A stretch of DNA of 61,767 nt, the filler included, from Choristocarpus tenellus KU-1152 (lineage: Eukaryota; Protista; Phaeophyceae), in NCBI GenBank assembly GCA_964200185.2. It is 13 parts of 13 records of this genome, joined end to end, with 100 filler letters (N's around TTAATTAATTAA, not from the genome) between each part and the next. Parts side by side here need not be neighbours in the genome. Positions count along the whole stretch, not along the records: positions 36,413 to 40,469 come from CAXNAD020016444.1; positions 40,570 to 46,155 come from CAXNAD020010336.1; positions 46,256 to 48,918 come from CAXNAD020025849.1; positions 49,019 to 51,724 come from CAXNAD020025463.1; 9 more parts are not named here. One strand, given 5' to 3'. Position 1 is the first letter of the stretch, and every line of letters begins with the position of its first letter. The translations under genes and the position numbers were made by a program. Below are positions 36,429 to 49,131 of the stretch, piece after piece. The notes beneath the pieces were generated by a model, which made no database searches, was not told the DNA's origin, and saw nothing but the letters and a program-made list of their open reading frames with translations.

Positions 36429-38696
36429 ATGTCCTGGATAGACTACTGGGCTGGTACATACGGGCAGTTCATGCCTCACAAGCCCACAATTGTGATCTAC
36501 GCCGCGAACAAACAGGTAGGTTTTGCCCTTGGTGGTGGAGAGGTTGGCCGCATCCTGGGTTGGAGGATGTTCATTACTTGGACCGGTCTGATATTAAGGT
36601 TGAACGAACATGTGAAGATTCGTACCAAGGGCTATTTTTTTCGTTTGCTATGTCTAGGATACAATGATGATGATGATACTCTTCGTCGCTTTTACGGAGG
36701 AAGGCACAGTAACTGTTATTTCGACGCCGTGTACACATACTATGTGGTCCCGGTCCCGGTCTGACATTGGTAGGGTCAAGTTATTGGTCAGATCTTCCAG
36801 GGGTGTTCTTCGAGTGTTCCTTCTCAATAACTCATCACTTTCCCACACAACCAACATTTTTAATTAGGAGCTATACAAGGATTTTTGCAAAGAGGCAATA
36901 CGAGTGTATCCTGACGACCCTTCCAAGCGCGTAAGCAAGGCGCACTTCCTCCGGTTGCTCAGAGAGGAGACCCAACATCAGGGTGAGGGTAGGAGGCGAG
37001 TTTATGAAATGTGACATATGTGTCACCTTAAAAGAGAAGCGTCACGGTGCGCCTGGTGTAAAACCCACGAACGACTCCACCGTCCTCGAGGCCATCGATA
37101 AGGAGCTGTCAGAACATCGAGAGGTATGTGTCCAGCATTAATTTTGCAACAAGCGTACAGTGGCAACATGTCGCCGCCATTGCCCTCCATTTTCAACATC
37201 TGTTTCCGTTTGTGAATGAAGACTCCCACGCAGGTGCTAATGGCAACAGGTTAGATACTCGAGGACGAGTACATCCTTACACCATGTGCCTACAGATACC
37301 GCAGCCCTAGTGAACAGTCGATTAACTGATTATGCACTGTGCTCCCCTGCCATCCTACGCATCAGCTTAGGGTTAGGGCGAGAGGAACGTAAGAGCTAAT
37401 CAACGGAGGAGGGAAACCCACACACATGTATATCAGCCAGTCGGGTGTATGTGCTCTACATCACAAAAATTCCATTACCCCTCTTTTTTGCTCCAAATAT
37501 ACAACGCGTAAGTAAGCAGAGTACTATTTGCCAACTAACGACAGACAGCATCGTTCGCGCAGGTTGTAACCTTGTCTGCACAGCCACCCACCTTGCCCTC
37601 ACAAGGATTATCGACAAGTACCACAACAGCCTTGATCACGCGGGGAGTAACATCATCCAGCACGCGCATTGGCAGGGAAGAAAGTTTCATCTTGACACGA
37701 CCTACTCAACACATACTCGCTGAATACCGGTCACCAAAAATCTAACTGCACGGTCTTTAGTTTTGGTTAGTTTGTTGCTTGTTGCATATATCATGGCGGT
37801 GATGTAGACCTTGCGCTCTAGCAGTACTGGAAACATACACTGTTCCTCCACGAAACGCGGCGAAATGGTCTGACATATCGGCCTCACGCCTATCCCTCCC
37901 TCCCTCCCGACTCCCCAAACTTGCCAGGTCGACAACTGCGTCTCAGAGAACAAGAACAATTTCTTCCTCGGATATGCGGGGCTGTTGGTCGCGGCGAGTG
38001 TCATTCATGTGGTCGAGATACACTTTATGATGGTGGGGCACACGCATATCAAAATCGATCAGATGTTCTCCAGGTTATTAGGCAAGATATGCAAGTGCGA
38101 TAGCCACATAGTGTTTTCATAACGACAGGTACTACCTTAAGGCTTGCGGCTCACGCTTGTTGCATCCATGTATGGTATATGGTCATACACTGTAATTGAT
38201 TGATTGGCTTTTGATTTTCCCACCAAAAAATTGAACGATAAGAGCAGCTGCCAAAACTATTTCCTAACCTACTGTACAAACAAAACAAAAACAAAAAATA
38301 CGCATCACCCCTTCTTACATCTATACTTCCATATACATGCATCAGAGCATGTGCCCGCATATATATCTTGCTTCTCCACTTCGTTTCTTTCGCCCCCACC
38401 TCAAAACTAACTTGCTTGCATTTCACCTTCAGGTTCTCACGTGGTATCAAAGGCCAGAACATATTCACGAGAACACAGCTGGGTGAAGAGCTGCAGGCCT
38501 CATACACGGAGGTTCCTGTCCACTGGAAGACCCTACGAAACGAGGGCAACTTGAAGGGACTCCTTGGCGGTCGCGTCAACCGTGTCCTGAACATCACGCG
38601 CTACAGGGCCTTTCGCATTGAAAAAGGCGGTGATGAGCGGGTTAAGGTTAGCGTTAAGCTATACATGCACAGCACCGAATGGAGTGGGATAGACGG
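36429..38696 (+). pseudogene. Intron-containing Sola1-like (DUF7869-type) DDD transposase, degenerate
   Basis: Exon 37928-38073 VDNCVSENKNNFFLGYAGLLV...FMMVGHTHIKIDQMFS splices to exon 38433-~38696 RFSRGIKG...; upstream blocks WIDYWAGTYGQFMPH, ELYKDF...SKAHFLRL, RCAWC and DHAGSN fit the family layout. Confidence 0.8.
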
Positions 38697-38989
38697 GTGG
38701 TGTTGATGTGGTGCATGCTGCACCACCACAGCTTCATCGAAATGGGCTCACCGAGGGCAATGTTCAATACATATCTACATGAAACGACTCTTGAAGACAC
38801 ATGGGAAGCACATACAGCAAGGGCGTCGCTCTGTCGTCGTTAGGGGACAAGTATAATGTGCTTACGATCACTCTTTGCTCGATATACCCTCGGTTTAAGA
38901 TAAAAGCGCTCTTATATACAATAAGAGAGGATCGGGATATAAGAGATGTTTTTTCTTATCCCTACCCTCTCTTATATAGGTACACCGAT

Positions 38990-40120
38990 TGTATGCCCTC
39001 TGACATTTTCCAGGTGTATCAGGGGGGAAACCAATGAAAACTATTTACATGTCAGTATAATAAGGTCTAACGAAAAAAAAAATGTCACAAATGTGAAGAA
39101 CACTAATCTATTTGCTATTTCACTATTATCTATGTTGTACCACTCACTGCCTCCCTGTGCCTCCAATCTACCGATTCCTGTACCCCAAGGTGAGGACCTA
39201 GGGAGGCATCCCTAGAATCCAACAAACCCTTCTGTGCCCATCTCCCTGGTGACTCCAGCTTAAAACGCATGACACGTCTAGACAGTGCCACTTGAGTAGT
39301 TACTGAGACAAAGTGGCGAAGCCGGGATTTAACTGCTCTCCTTTTCTGCTATATCCTCCTGTTCCTCTCCCTCTCACCATGTGTAAAGCCAGCTCATCCA
39401 GGAAGTATTCCGATTGCTTGCGGAGGCACCCAAAACTTTCCATCGTGAAGGTGTTGAAGTTATGACTACAAGGATCAAAAGAGCCCTCGTAGTGGGTATG
39501 CTTTCGCGCCTCGGCTGCACTGATCCCTTATTATAATAATTGTGGAAGTGGTAATGCGCCAAATCAGTTGTCATTCTTAAGGTTGCCTTCTTCTTCCCTT
39601 TACTCGTAGCCGACTTCTCCTTGCTGTTGGCGTTAGATGTGGCAGTAGGTGTGGGAGTGGTAATGTCAGACGTAATGTAGCGTGAGTTAGCCCCCTTAAC
39701 ACTCGGCATGAGTACCACTGTGGAAGTGTTAAGGCGCCAAAGCTCTCTGCACAAGGGGGCAATCACAATCACCGGACTGAACTCTTCCACCTCAGAGGGT
39801 GAGACCGAGTTTCAAAGGTCTTGGTCCAACATCTCAAAGTCAGTTGAGGAAATCCAAAACAGAACAAACACCTGAAAGCACAACATATGTCCCAGAATGA
39901 CTGAGCAACGTCACAGCAGAGAAATGAGTCGGTCAGAATCGGGATGTCTCTTCGTTCTGACAGTCCTTTTGGCTGTTTGGTCAAACGTGGATCTTATGGA
40001 TGTGGTTAGTTTATTGAACTGGTCGGTATGGGTGAGCTGCAATGACGTGGTTGGCGCGCGCAAATGTATATAACGCTGCGTGTTATCCACAAATGTGTCT
40101 GTTGTTGGAGATCCCAAAAG
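38990..40120 (-). mobile_element. CRE-like RLE non-LTR retrotransposon 3' part, degenerate
   Basis: RKHTHYEGSFDP...FTMESFG...FLDELA...VSVTTQVALSRRVMRFKL (RLE C-terminus), followed by a 3' UTR shared with 18012-18257. Confidence 0.7.
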
Positions 40121-40280
40121 AGGAACCTGTCCCTGACATAATATTATAAACTCAATTAGTACTCAACGCTATTATTATAATATTTTCTCTCCTTCAAAAT
40201 GATTTCATTTTTTTAAATCATTCTCTGAAATAGTAACGGTATGTCCATTTCCATGAAAAATACAATACTTTTTTAACAGC

Positions 40281-40469
40281 TCCCTGCAGGGACAAAGGTA
40301 TTCTACTAGGCGTCACCTTCGAGGTACAGGCAACCTCCCACCCAAACCACACATCTACCAGCAATGATGTAGCTGCTGCTGCAGCCGTGGTGCGAAAGCG
40401 CACCCACTATGAGGGCTCTTTTGATCCTCGTAGTTATAACCTCAACACCTTCGCGGTAGAAAATTTTGG
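40281..40469 (+). mobile_element. CRE-like RLE endonuclease fragment in opposite orientation
   Basis: DKGILLGVTF...AAAAAVVRKRTHYEGSFDPRSYNLNTFAVENFG; nucleotide match to the reverse complement of ~39430-39520. Confidence 0.7.
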
Positions 40470-42276
40470 NNNNNNNNNNNNNNNNNNNNNNNNNNNNNNN
40501 NNNNNNNNNNNNNTTAATTAATTAANNNNNNNNNNNNNNNNNNNNNNNNNNNNNNNNNNNNNNNNNNNNGGTGTGACCCCCCCCCCCCTCCCAGATACTT
40601 TGGGTCTGAAGTATCGAGTTTGACTTGAGAGTGTTGATTTCTCTCTGGTTTGAGACTTTAGGACAGAATACAGAAAATATCCTTTACGATTTTGTACTTA
40701 AAAAATATCAAAACTTGAAGGAATATTTGTCAGCATCCTTGAAATTCAACTGGGGTCTTCTTGTTTACTTTTTGACTTCAATAGATGGAAAAGAACAATA
40801 ATATAAATATATGGTGTGTCCTCAACTTGGGAGGCGTCCAAATGTACAGTGCATCAAAACTTGTCTTACCTTACACAACTTTTTTATATTTACATATCTT
40901 CACATATATGTAGCCATCATTCTAACATCTTTGGTTCTCGCCAGATCCAGGGAGAAAAAAGGAATCGTGATACACACTATTGAGATGTTTTTGTCAAAAA
41001 GAAGTACAGGCATGGCAGGAAAAGCCTCAAGGGGGGTATAACCCAAGCCTCCAAAAACAAACTTCCTCTTTCTCTGTTTCCTCCAGAGAAGCCCAGACTG
41101 CCCAGAAGGCCCACAAAGGAAACATTATTTTTTACTCTTAGAAATTTCTTTGTCATTGATACACTATCCTTCCTCCTACCTTACTAATGTACTTTGCATG
41201 TTTAGGAAGCAGCTCTCCTCTCTCTACTTACACACTCCTTGTGACATTTAGTATTACTTCCAAGGCGTTATTGTCAGCAGGGATTTGAGAAAATGAGAGT
41301 TCAACTGTAGTTCTGCAGGTATAACTTGGGATGAGGAGCAGATAATGAAAAACAAAAACGCGCATGAGGAGAGGTAGATTCAGCAAGGGGGGGCAGTGCC
41401 TACATATCACAGAACTCCTTTTCTTTGAGGAAATGTGCAGTCATTTGGGGGGTATTTCTCAATCCTCAAAAGGCCACAGCAGGATGTACCAGACAGAATC
41501 AACAAAAGCAGCTGTATATCCCTCCAAGGGGTACAAGGAACTGGTAATTCTGGCAAGCAATAGTAATGTGAACTATCTATGGTGGTGAGATGTTACGATG
41601 GAGGGCAAAGACTGTGGAGCAGCAGGACCATCACCACTATTTTGTAGTTGGAGGTGGGATAATTCTGAACACACGTAGAGCGCATCACCTTGACAGTGAG
41701 GGGTAGTCTTCAAACCTAGGATGGGCATTATTCTTAGTATTATATTGTACTCTCTCTCTCACTTTTTTTTAGGGCGGGGGGGAGGTCTTATCTTCCGGTC
41801 AAACACAAAATAAATACAAGGAGGATCATTAAAAACAAATTGTGTGAAACATAGGATTTGTCGAGGAAAGAAGGCATTTCTACACCACCACTCCCCCCTG
41901 CCAGTAACTGTCAAACACAACGAAGGAAACAGTAGACGACTCAACGTATCTGAGGGTGGGGGGGGTGGGGGGGGTTGATTAATTGGTTCAAAAAGAGGGT
42001 TGAAAAAATAAAAAAGTAAAGAGTATACACGAGGAGAGAGAGTCTGTTGCATCACCTGAAGACAAAAGAGAGAGAGAGAGAGTCTGTATGACTTTTGCTT
42101 GTGTGAACCAAAAAAAGATGAGTGAAAGATAAGAATACACTCCACTCCATGTATATTATTATGCTTGGTACATATTTTTCTTTTTTTGCTTGGTGGTTTT
42201 GATGGAAGTACGTCACTCCACCCTGGGTGGCGTTTCCTTGCGCCCCCAAAAAATAGTGTTCTCAAGAAGAAAAAAT

Positions 42277-42321
<45 letters not shown>

Positions 42322-42425
42322 TTCCTCCCTAATGCAAAGTTACCCTCTACCTCATCGTGTTTTGTACTCCACGATTGCACTCCCCTGATGATGGGAACGA
42401 TGGCGGGGCGCTTGCGAGAGAGCAG

Positions 42426-42800
42426 GAAACGCCTGACGGTGTTGCTAAAGGAGAAGGCGTTTGGACCCGACCGTGTCGTGGCCGGGGCGGGGGGACGTGT
42501 GTCCCCCCTGATATCTTGGGGGGACATGGAACGCATCTATCCACGGTACCCGACAATTTCGAGTGTGTCTCTCAGCGAGGAGGAGCGTCGGTGTTGGATT
42601 GACCTGCGACCGTATGTCAACACGGCGCCGTACGTAATCAACGGTGAGGGGTATGTTTTAGATGTGACTGTTGCAGTGATGGGACTGTCGTGTGTGGCTT
42701 TGCCATGCTGTGCGCCTGCATACGTGTGTGACTGTGACTGACTGTGATTTTTGTCTTTTTGTGTAGTTTTTTAGATGTTGGTTGTATGTTGTTTGTTGTT

Positions 42801-42831
<31 letters not shown>

Positions 42832-45800
42832 CTGTTAGTATTATTATTGTTGTTATTGTTGTAGTTGTTACTATTGCTGCTGCTGCTCTTGTTGTTTTAT
42901 TATTATTATTATTGCTGTTGTATTGCCATTTTGAAATTTTGTATAGAGAGAGAGGTCTTGCTTATCTCTACGGTGGAGAGCAACTGCGGTTTGTGTCTGT
43001 GTTTGAATTTTATTTTGTTTTGATTGGTTGGCTGGGGAGGTTTTGAGTTTTGATGGGGAGGTTTTTTGGTTAGTTTTTGGTTAGGTGGTTTGCCTCTCTT
43101 CAGGTGTTGAATGCATCTCCTCTAAGACCTTGGTAGTAGTAGTCTCTTCCTAAGTTTTTTTTTTATTGTGCAACCCTTTTGTTTTTTATTTGCTTTTGTC
43201 CGGTGTCCATTGCTGTAGCTGTTTGCTGTGGTAATTGAGGTTGTTCGACACAACCATAATTCTATTCCTCAATTTCTGATTTTTCTTGATCTGTATACAT
43301 ACATGCATACATGTGAGGATGTATGGCACATATATATATATATATATATACATGTATGTACATATTTTCGTTTTTTTTTTTAAGGCCTTTTCCTATCTCA
43401 TTTCTATCAAGTATTGGGAAGAGAAAAAAGTTGGAAGCTCTTAACAAAAAATATATATATTGGAAGTGTTGTTGTTAGGGATGACACCAATGGGAAATGT
43501 GTGGTAGTTTGGGTTGGTGGGGAATGGTATTCGAGGGTTCTTCGATTTTTTTTACTTTTGAATGTTGGTCGATAATGATAGCAACAGCCCGGTAGAGACG
43601 TGGTCCGTTTTGAGGGTGTTGGTCGTAGAAAGCTGACATGTTCTCGACTGGCCCTGTATCTCATGGGGGAGTAGGTATGTCTAAATAATGGTTAGTGACT
43701 CCATACATTTGTTTAGGGGTGTTTTTGTTAACTTGTCTGGTGGACCCGTGATATTCGTAGGGATTGATCCGAGCTACTCTTTGTAAAATTTGGTGATACT
43801 ATTTTTATTTTATCACTAGTGGGCGCTGGTGTGTGTACAAGTAGCATGAAGATACTGAGGTTTTGTGAAGGTATGATTGGTGGCATCCTTTGAGAGAGAG
43901 AGACAGGGTACTCTGACACTGGCTGACATCCTTTGAGAGATAGACAGGGTACTCTGACACTGGTTGACAGTCAGTCCCTCATTTTTCTTTTCTGTTTTTG
44001 TCCTCTCTCTTGATAGTGGGGGATGTGGCACGTGAACCTATCCATACCTTTTGTGAAATTTTATTATTTTTAAAGTGTGTACCAGTACTGCTCGTTGTAT
44101 GATTCTTTTTGTTTTACTTCGAAAAAGTACTGTTTATTTACTAACAAAAATATACATCATATATATATATATATATATTTATATGTGTTGATCCGGTTCA
44201 CTCCCTCACCCCCCTGTGTTCTGTCAGAGTCCGCATCAATGCAGAGGACATACAGACTGTTTCGTACCATGGGGCTACGACACCTCTGCGTGGTCAACCA
44301 CCATAACCAGGTACATACACAATTTGTGTGTGTGTGTGTGTGTGTGTGTTTATATTTTCATGTTTGGGATGTTGATTTTGGTTGTTGAAGGTTGTTACCT
44401 TCGTGAGTGTGTGCGTGGGCTGCTGCTCGTGTAAAGCACGTTTGCTGTTTTTGTGTTTTGTTTTTATTTTTATGTTGATGGAGTTTCGTTTCATCTGGAG
44501 TTTGTATGTAGTGTAGTGTAGTGTAGTGTGGCTACACATGGTTTATCCCCGCCTTGGGGTCTCTTATTTGACACACGGTGCAGGTGATGGAAAGGTGATG
44601 ATGTATCACAAAAGTTGTGAACGTTACTGGTGTCTTCAAACCACAATGGTTTTGTTTGGCAGTTGAATGAAATTTTGATGAACGAGCAAAATGCTGGGTT
44701 GATGGCAGAAGGGTACAATACAGTAGAGAGAGGGTCAGTAGGATTTTGGGAACTTGGGACTTGCTTGAAGTTATTCTTTTTCTCTGGTTAGAGTGCTTTG
44801 GTGACTGAGCTTGGCCTAGATGGGTTTGTTTTTTTTTAGTTGCGTGTATTTGTTGGTATCAGCTGGGTTTTGTAGAGATATGTAGCAAGATTTGGTATCA
44901 GTAGTACTATTAATTGTACGTAAAGTTAAGTTTGCGATGCAAGTATCGATCAGGAAAGTGGCAATAAAATATGTATGTATGCATGTATTCATGTTTCTAC
45001 GATTGATTGTAATGAGCTTTTAATAGACTTTTTTATTTCCCAAGCGGTCCTCTCGAGTAGAGTATTATCTTCTCTTTTTTATTACCCAAACTTTAGGGCA
45101 GCCCCCATCAGGAGTCTGTGGGTATACCAACAAGAAGCAAAAGAGAGATTGTGGATGTGGGTTTTGTGGTTGTGTGAATTGAAAGAAATTACGACTGTGA
45201 TGAAGTCGGGTATAAATAGAGACAGTTAAAAATATATATATTTATCCGATTTAACTGTAGGCGCACAAGGCGACCTGATTGGTGAGAACATCCGAAGCCT
45301 TTACAACAGGTCTGTTTCAGCAGGCAGATCCGAAGCCATGGACAGTGAGTTGTGTAGTGAGTTGGTGGGTAGTGGTGTGACGTCTGTCTGGGTGACGAAA
45401 ATGTGTTTGGTTCTCTGTGTCGCCTGTTCAGTAGTCACACATACTCCTGGTTTTGTATATATATATATATTGCTAAAACTGAGTAACTGAACTTTTTCGA
45501 TTTTGATTTTTTGTTGTTATTTTGATTGGTCGAACCGAAGGTGATTGAGCTGTTGTCACGATTTGCCACGCTGGTATTTTGTCATTGAATTGGAGGGTGT
45601 AGGGGTGTGAAGCCACAGATTAGCACCTGAGGGGTGCACAAGCGACTGCTGAAGAACAATGGCACCCCACCCTAGGATACTTTTTGGCTCTATGAATCCT
45701 TTTTGTTGCAGTGGTTCAAAGCCAACTGACCCTCTCTAACTTTGACTTCGTTTTCATTCGTGCGACAATGGATGGATCTCGAATGTGGAAAACAAATGTA

Positions 45801-46014
45801 ACGGGTGGGTGGGTGGATGAAGGTGGTGGGAATGGTGACAAGGAAGGAGCTACTTGTGGAACACCTGGCGCAGCGTCTAGCTGAGGTGCCTAGGACAAGG
45901 GTGTGGGATCAAACACCCCTCCTTCGCAGTAACAGTATGAAGGGCACACAGTTCAGCACGAACAAGTTCTCCAGGGCGGGGGGGATAGAAGAGGACATAG
46001 CAAATGTCCCTTGA
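42426..46014 (+). CDS. CLC-6/7-like chloride channel/exchanger, C-terminal CBS region (3' exons)
   Basis: Exons 42426-42643, 44228-44310 and 45823-46014 splice to MERIYPRYPTI...WIDLRPYVNTAPYVINESASMQRTYRLFRTMGLRHLCVVNHHNQVVGMVTRKEL, the CLC-6/7 CBS2 signature. Confidence 0.92.
42790..42920. repeat. (GTT)n/(ATT)n low-complexity tract (intronic)
   Basis: Trinucleotide runs; they produce the poly-V/L ORF 42744-43046. Confidence 0.85.
43884..43968. repeat. ~42-bp tandem duplication
   Basis: CATCCTTTGAGAGA...GACAGGGTACTCTGACACTGGYTGACA occurs twice. Confidence 0.85.
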
Positions 46015-46256
46015 TTGCTGGAATGAGTTTTCTGTGGCATTGAAATATGTTTGTGGAGAGTTGGGGGGAGGGGGGGGGGGGGGGGGGCGGCTGGGTTTTG
46101 GTTGGGATCACAGGGGGGGATTTGGTGAGTGGGGGGGTGTGTGGGGATTTTGATTNNNNNNNNNNNNNNNNNNNNNNNNNNNNNNNNNNNNNNNNNNNNT
46201 TAATTAATTAANNNNNNNNNNNNNNNNNNNNNNNNNNNNNNNNNNNNNNNNNNNNC

Positions 46257-48918
46257 ATGATTCACATTGGCTACACCGGTGTCCTCAGAGATAGGGTGAC
46301 GGGGCATTTCTGTTTGACCGCGGACGAAAGATGCCGAACGAAGACGTGGATCCTCCCTTCCCCTCTCACAGATCGCCAAGCGAATGTCAGACCCGTGTCG
46401 TCGACCCTAGAGCATCGTGTTAGCTCGGGCGACCGTGACACTCATCGGGTCCTCTTCCAGGGAGAACCAGTCCCACCCCCAAGTTCAACTATTTGTGAGG
46501 TGGCCACTTCACAGGCACAGTTCGGGGACTCTGTGCCATCGTACATCGCGCACCACGTTAACGAGTGCGCCAGGACAAACACTGTGCCTCCTGGATGGCT
46601 CCAGGAGCTCATGAAACTTCATGCTCGGGGAATGGACTCCGATCACATAAGAGCTGTTGAACAAAGTAGCAGCGTCGCACGCCCATCATCAACACCAGAA
46701 GCGAGTCATTTCAGGTTTTCCGCTTCGGAAATACCATCTGGTCTTGTCATTACAGGTTCGGGAGAGGAAAATTTACCACTCTTGTTTTCCAAATGGCATG
46801 TGGCGATTTCCTTGCACTCTAGGCAGTATAGTACCGCATCCCCTGAGACAATCAATACTCGATGTGTAGAATTTTTACCGAAAATTCTTCAAGGACCAGC
46901 TGAAACCTTTTACTTTCAGGAGTTGGCAGGCACAGTAGAGTGGCGTTCAACTAGTGATCTGGCTCGGTTACAGTCGTCTCTTGACATTCCCATCCCCATT
47001 ACACTACCAAAGACTTGGGAGGATGTCCAGAAAGCCCTTATCACTGCGTTCACTCCTGCCCATGCTATAAGTGTATCAGCTCGTCAACTAACGTCCTTGA
47101 AACAGGGGGAGAACGAGTCTGTTGATCAGTATACTTAACGTTGCACCACAGCAATGAATTATTTTTTGGATGATGTTCATCGCACAACGTCGTCCTCAGA
47201 TGCAGTTGACACGAAAGCTTTGCTTGTCGAGCAACTAAAGATTACGCTGATGGAAGATGGTTTACTCCCTGCGATTCGTCTTGAACAGATTCGGGACGAA
47301 CCTTGCCACCTCGTTTGCACAAGCTCGTGACCGTGCCAAACAGCATGCAGCTAACCATTTGTCTGGCCATAACCCCAACCCCATGACTTACACGAGTGCT
47401 GTGACTCACAATTCTCGTCGCGGACAGGTTCCTCGTAGCAAACTCAAGCAATCACAACGAGAGTGCCAACGGCTATGTACGGAGGTGGAACGTCACCAAG
47501 CAGGGGAGGTAACCCTCAACACGGCCCCAGCTCGGTCGTCGGCGGGTCCACCTCCCTCAGCCGTGCACACTGACAGACCAATGCGACCCCAAGACACGTC
47601 GCCCTATTCAGCCTCACCGTCCAGCTCGACGTACACCATGGATCAGCAAAATAGTGTGTGCCAGTACCCGGTTTGTCAGGCAGCGACTCGTGAGGGTCAC
47701 ACAACCCAGTCGTGCCTGGACAATCCCCGGGGTGCTCGTTTGCCATACTTGCATCGTAGAGGCAGGGGTCGTGGCAGTTGTGTTCGTGTTTGTGAGGACA
47801 GTGAGTCAACACCTGGCCATTATGGTCCGCGTCCCTAGGGATGCCCAGGTGGATTTGACTCCTGTCCACTTGGGAACAGCCATGGTGTTGTTATTGACAC
47901 CATCGCAGGGAGTGGCAAGTGTCAGAGGTTGACGCCAGTCGTACTTCTTGCCCCGCAGGCATCGTTTATTGCCTGCACGAGTGTCACCAAGCATTTTTCT
48001 TTGCCATTAGTTCAACCAAACTCGTGTAATAATAATGAAACTTGGTTCAACAGTTCTTTGTGCAGATATCCATCCATGCCCAAACCTTTGTCGTTTTCAT
48101 CACAAAGAGTGCGTGTAACTGGCATCGTTGAAGAACAAAAGGAAAATGACTTGACAATTGACAGCCAGTGATGTACCATGTATTTCTGAAATATTTGTTA
48201 GCAATCACCCTCAACTGAAACGTTTTGATGTGCATCCTGTCCCACCTGCTGCAATAAATATACGTGCCGCAAATGGTTAACCTTTGCATATTCGTGGATT
48301 TATTCGTTTTGCACTTACGAGCCAAAGTATCTTAGAGGGTAGAGCCGCGTCCATTTGGGGGTCAAAATCCAATGTTGCGATTTCGATGTAATATTGGCTA
48401 TCGTGTTTGTTAAGAAGTGTCAATATCCTTGTTCCCGACACACCTTTTCACAACGTATATATTCTATCTACTCCAAAATTATTTTGGAGTGGGAAAATGT
48501 CGTAAAAACCCTGAGGGAAGTCAAGCCCCAAATGGACAAACAGGGCAAAACTCGTACCCTCTAAGATACTTTCACTCTTACACTGGGTGACACCACATTG
48601 CCAGTTGAAGCTTTAGTGATTCCCCAACTTGGTCCCGATAAAATTCTGTTTGATATTTCAGTGTTATGCAGGCATCCGGTGCAATCCTTGATTGGCAAGA
48701 ACAACGCCTTTCATTTCACAACAGTTCGTGTACCATTTCAGCAAGACATCACATGACAAGGAGCCCCACTCATTTACGTGATACAAGTACAACTCCTTCG
48801 TGTTCTGTGAGTGCATGTTGGCAGATTCCTGTTGCTGAGGATGACATGGATAAAACCCCCTTTGTCACGTCCAGAGGCAACTACGTTTTAAGAGGATGCC
48901 CTTTGGGATATCAAATGC
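46257..48918 (+). mobile_element. Degenerate Ty3/gypsy gag-protease-RT fragment
   Basis: Gag PKTWEDVQKALITAF...ARQLTSLKQGENESVDQY; knuckle-like CQYPVC...GHTTQSC; protease region split by a MITE; RT start WQIPVAEDDMDKTPFVTSRGNY. Confidence 0.88.
48319..48577 (+). mobile_element. MITE family A inserted in the gypsy protease region, TSD TTAC
   Basis: TTAC|GAGCC...CACTC|TTAC; removing the MITE and one TSD restores the frame IRGFIRFALTLGDTTLPVEALVIPQLGPD. Confidence 0.95.
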
Positions 48919-49131
48919 NNNNNNNNNNNNNNNNNNNNNNNNNNNNNNNNNNNNNNNNNNNNTTAATTAATTAANNNNNNNNNNNNNNNNNNNNNNNNNN
49001 NNNNNNNNNNNNNNNNNNAATGGACAGCCGCCCCCCCCCCCCCAGGTACTTTGGGTCTCATAGAAAAAAAAAAAACGAAAAGCAACTGCCAACCCCCCTT
49101 CTTCCCCTCTCCGGGTACCTCAATGTTCAAG

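Noticed and set aside
38639-38658. GGGTTAAGGTTAGCGTTAAG as a telomeric insertion
   Set aside because: Imperfect and in frame within a transposase exon (RVKVSVK); not counted among the tracts.
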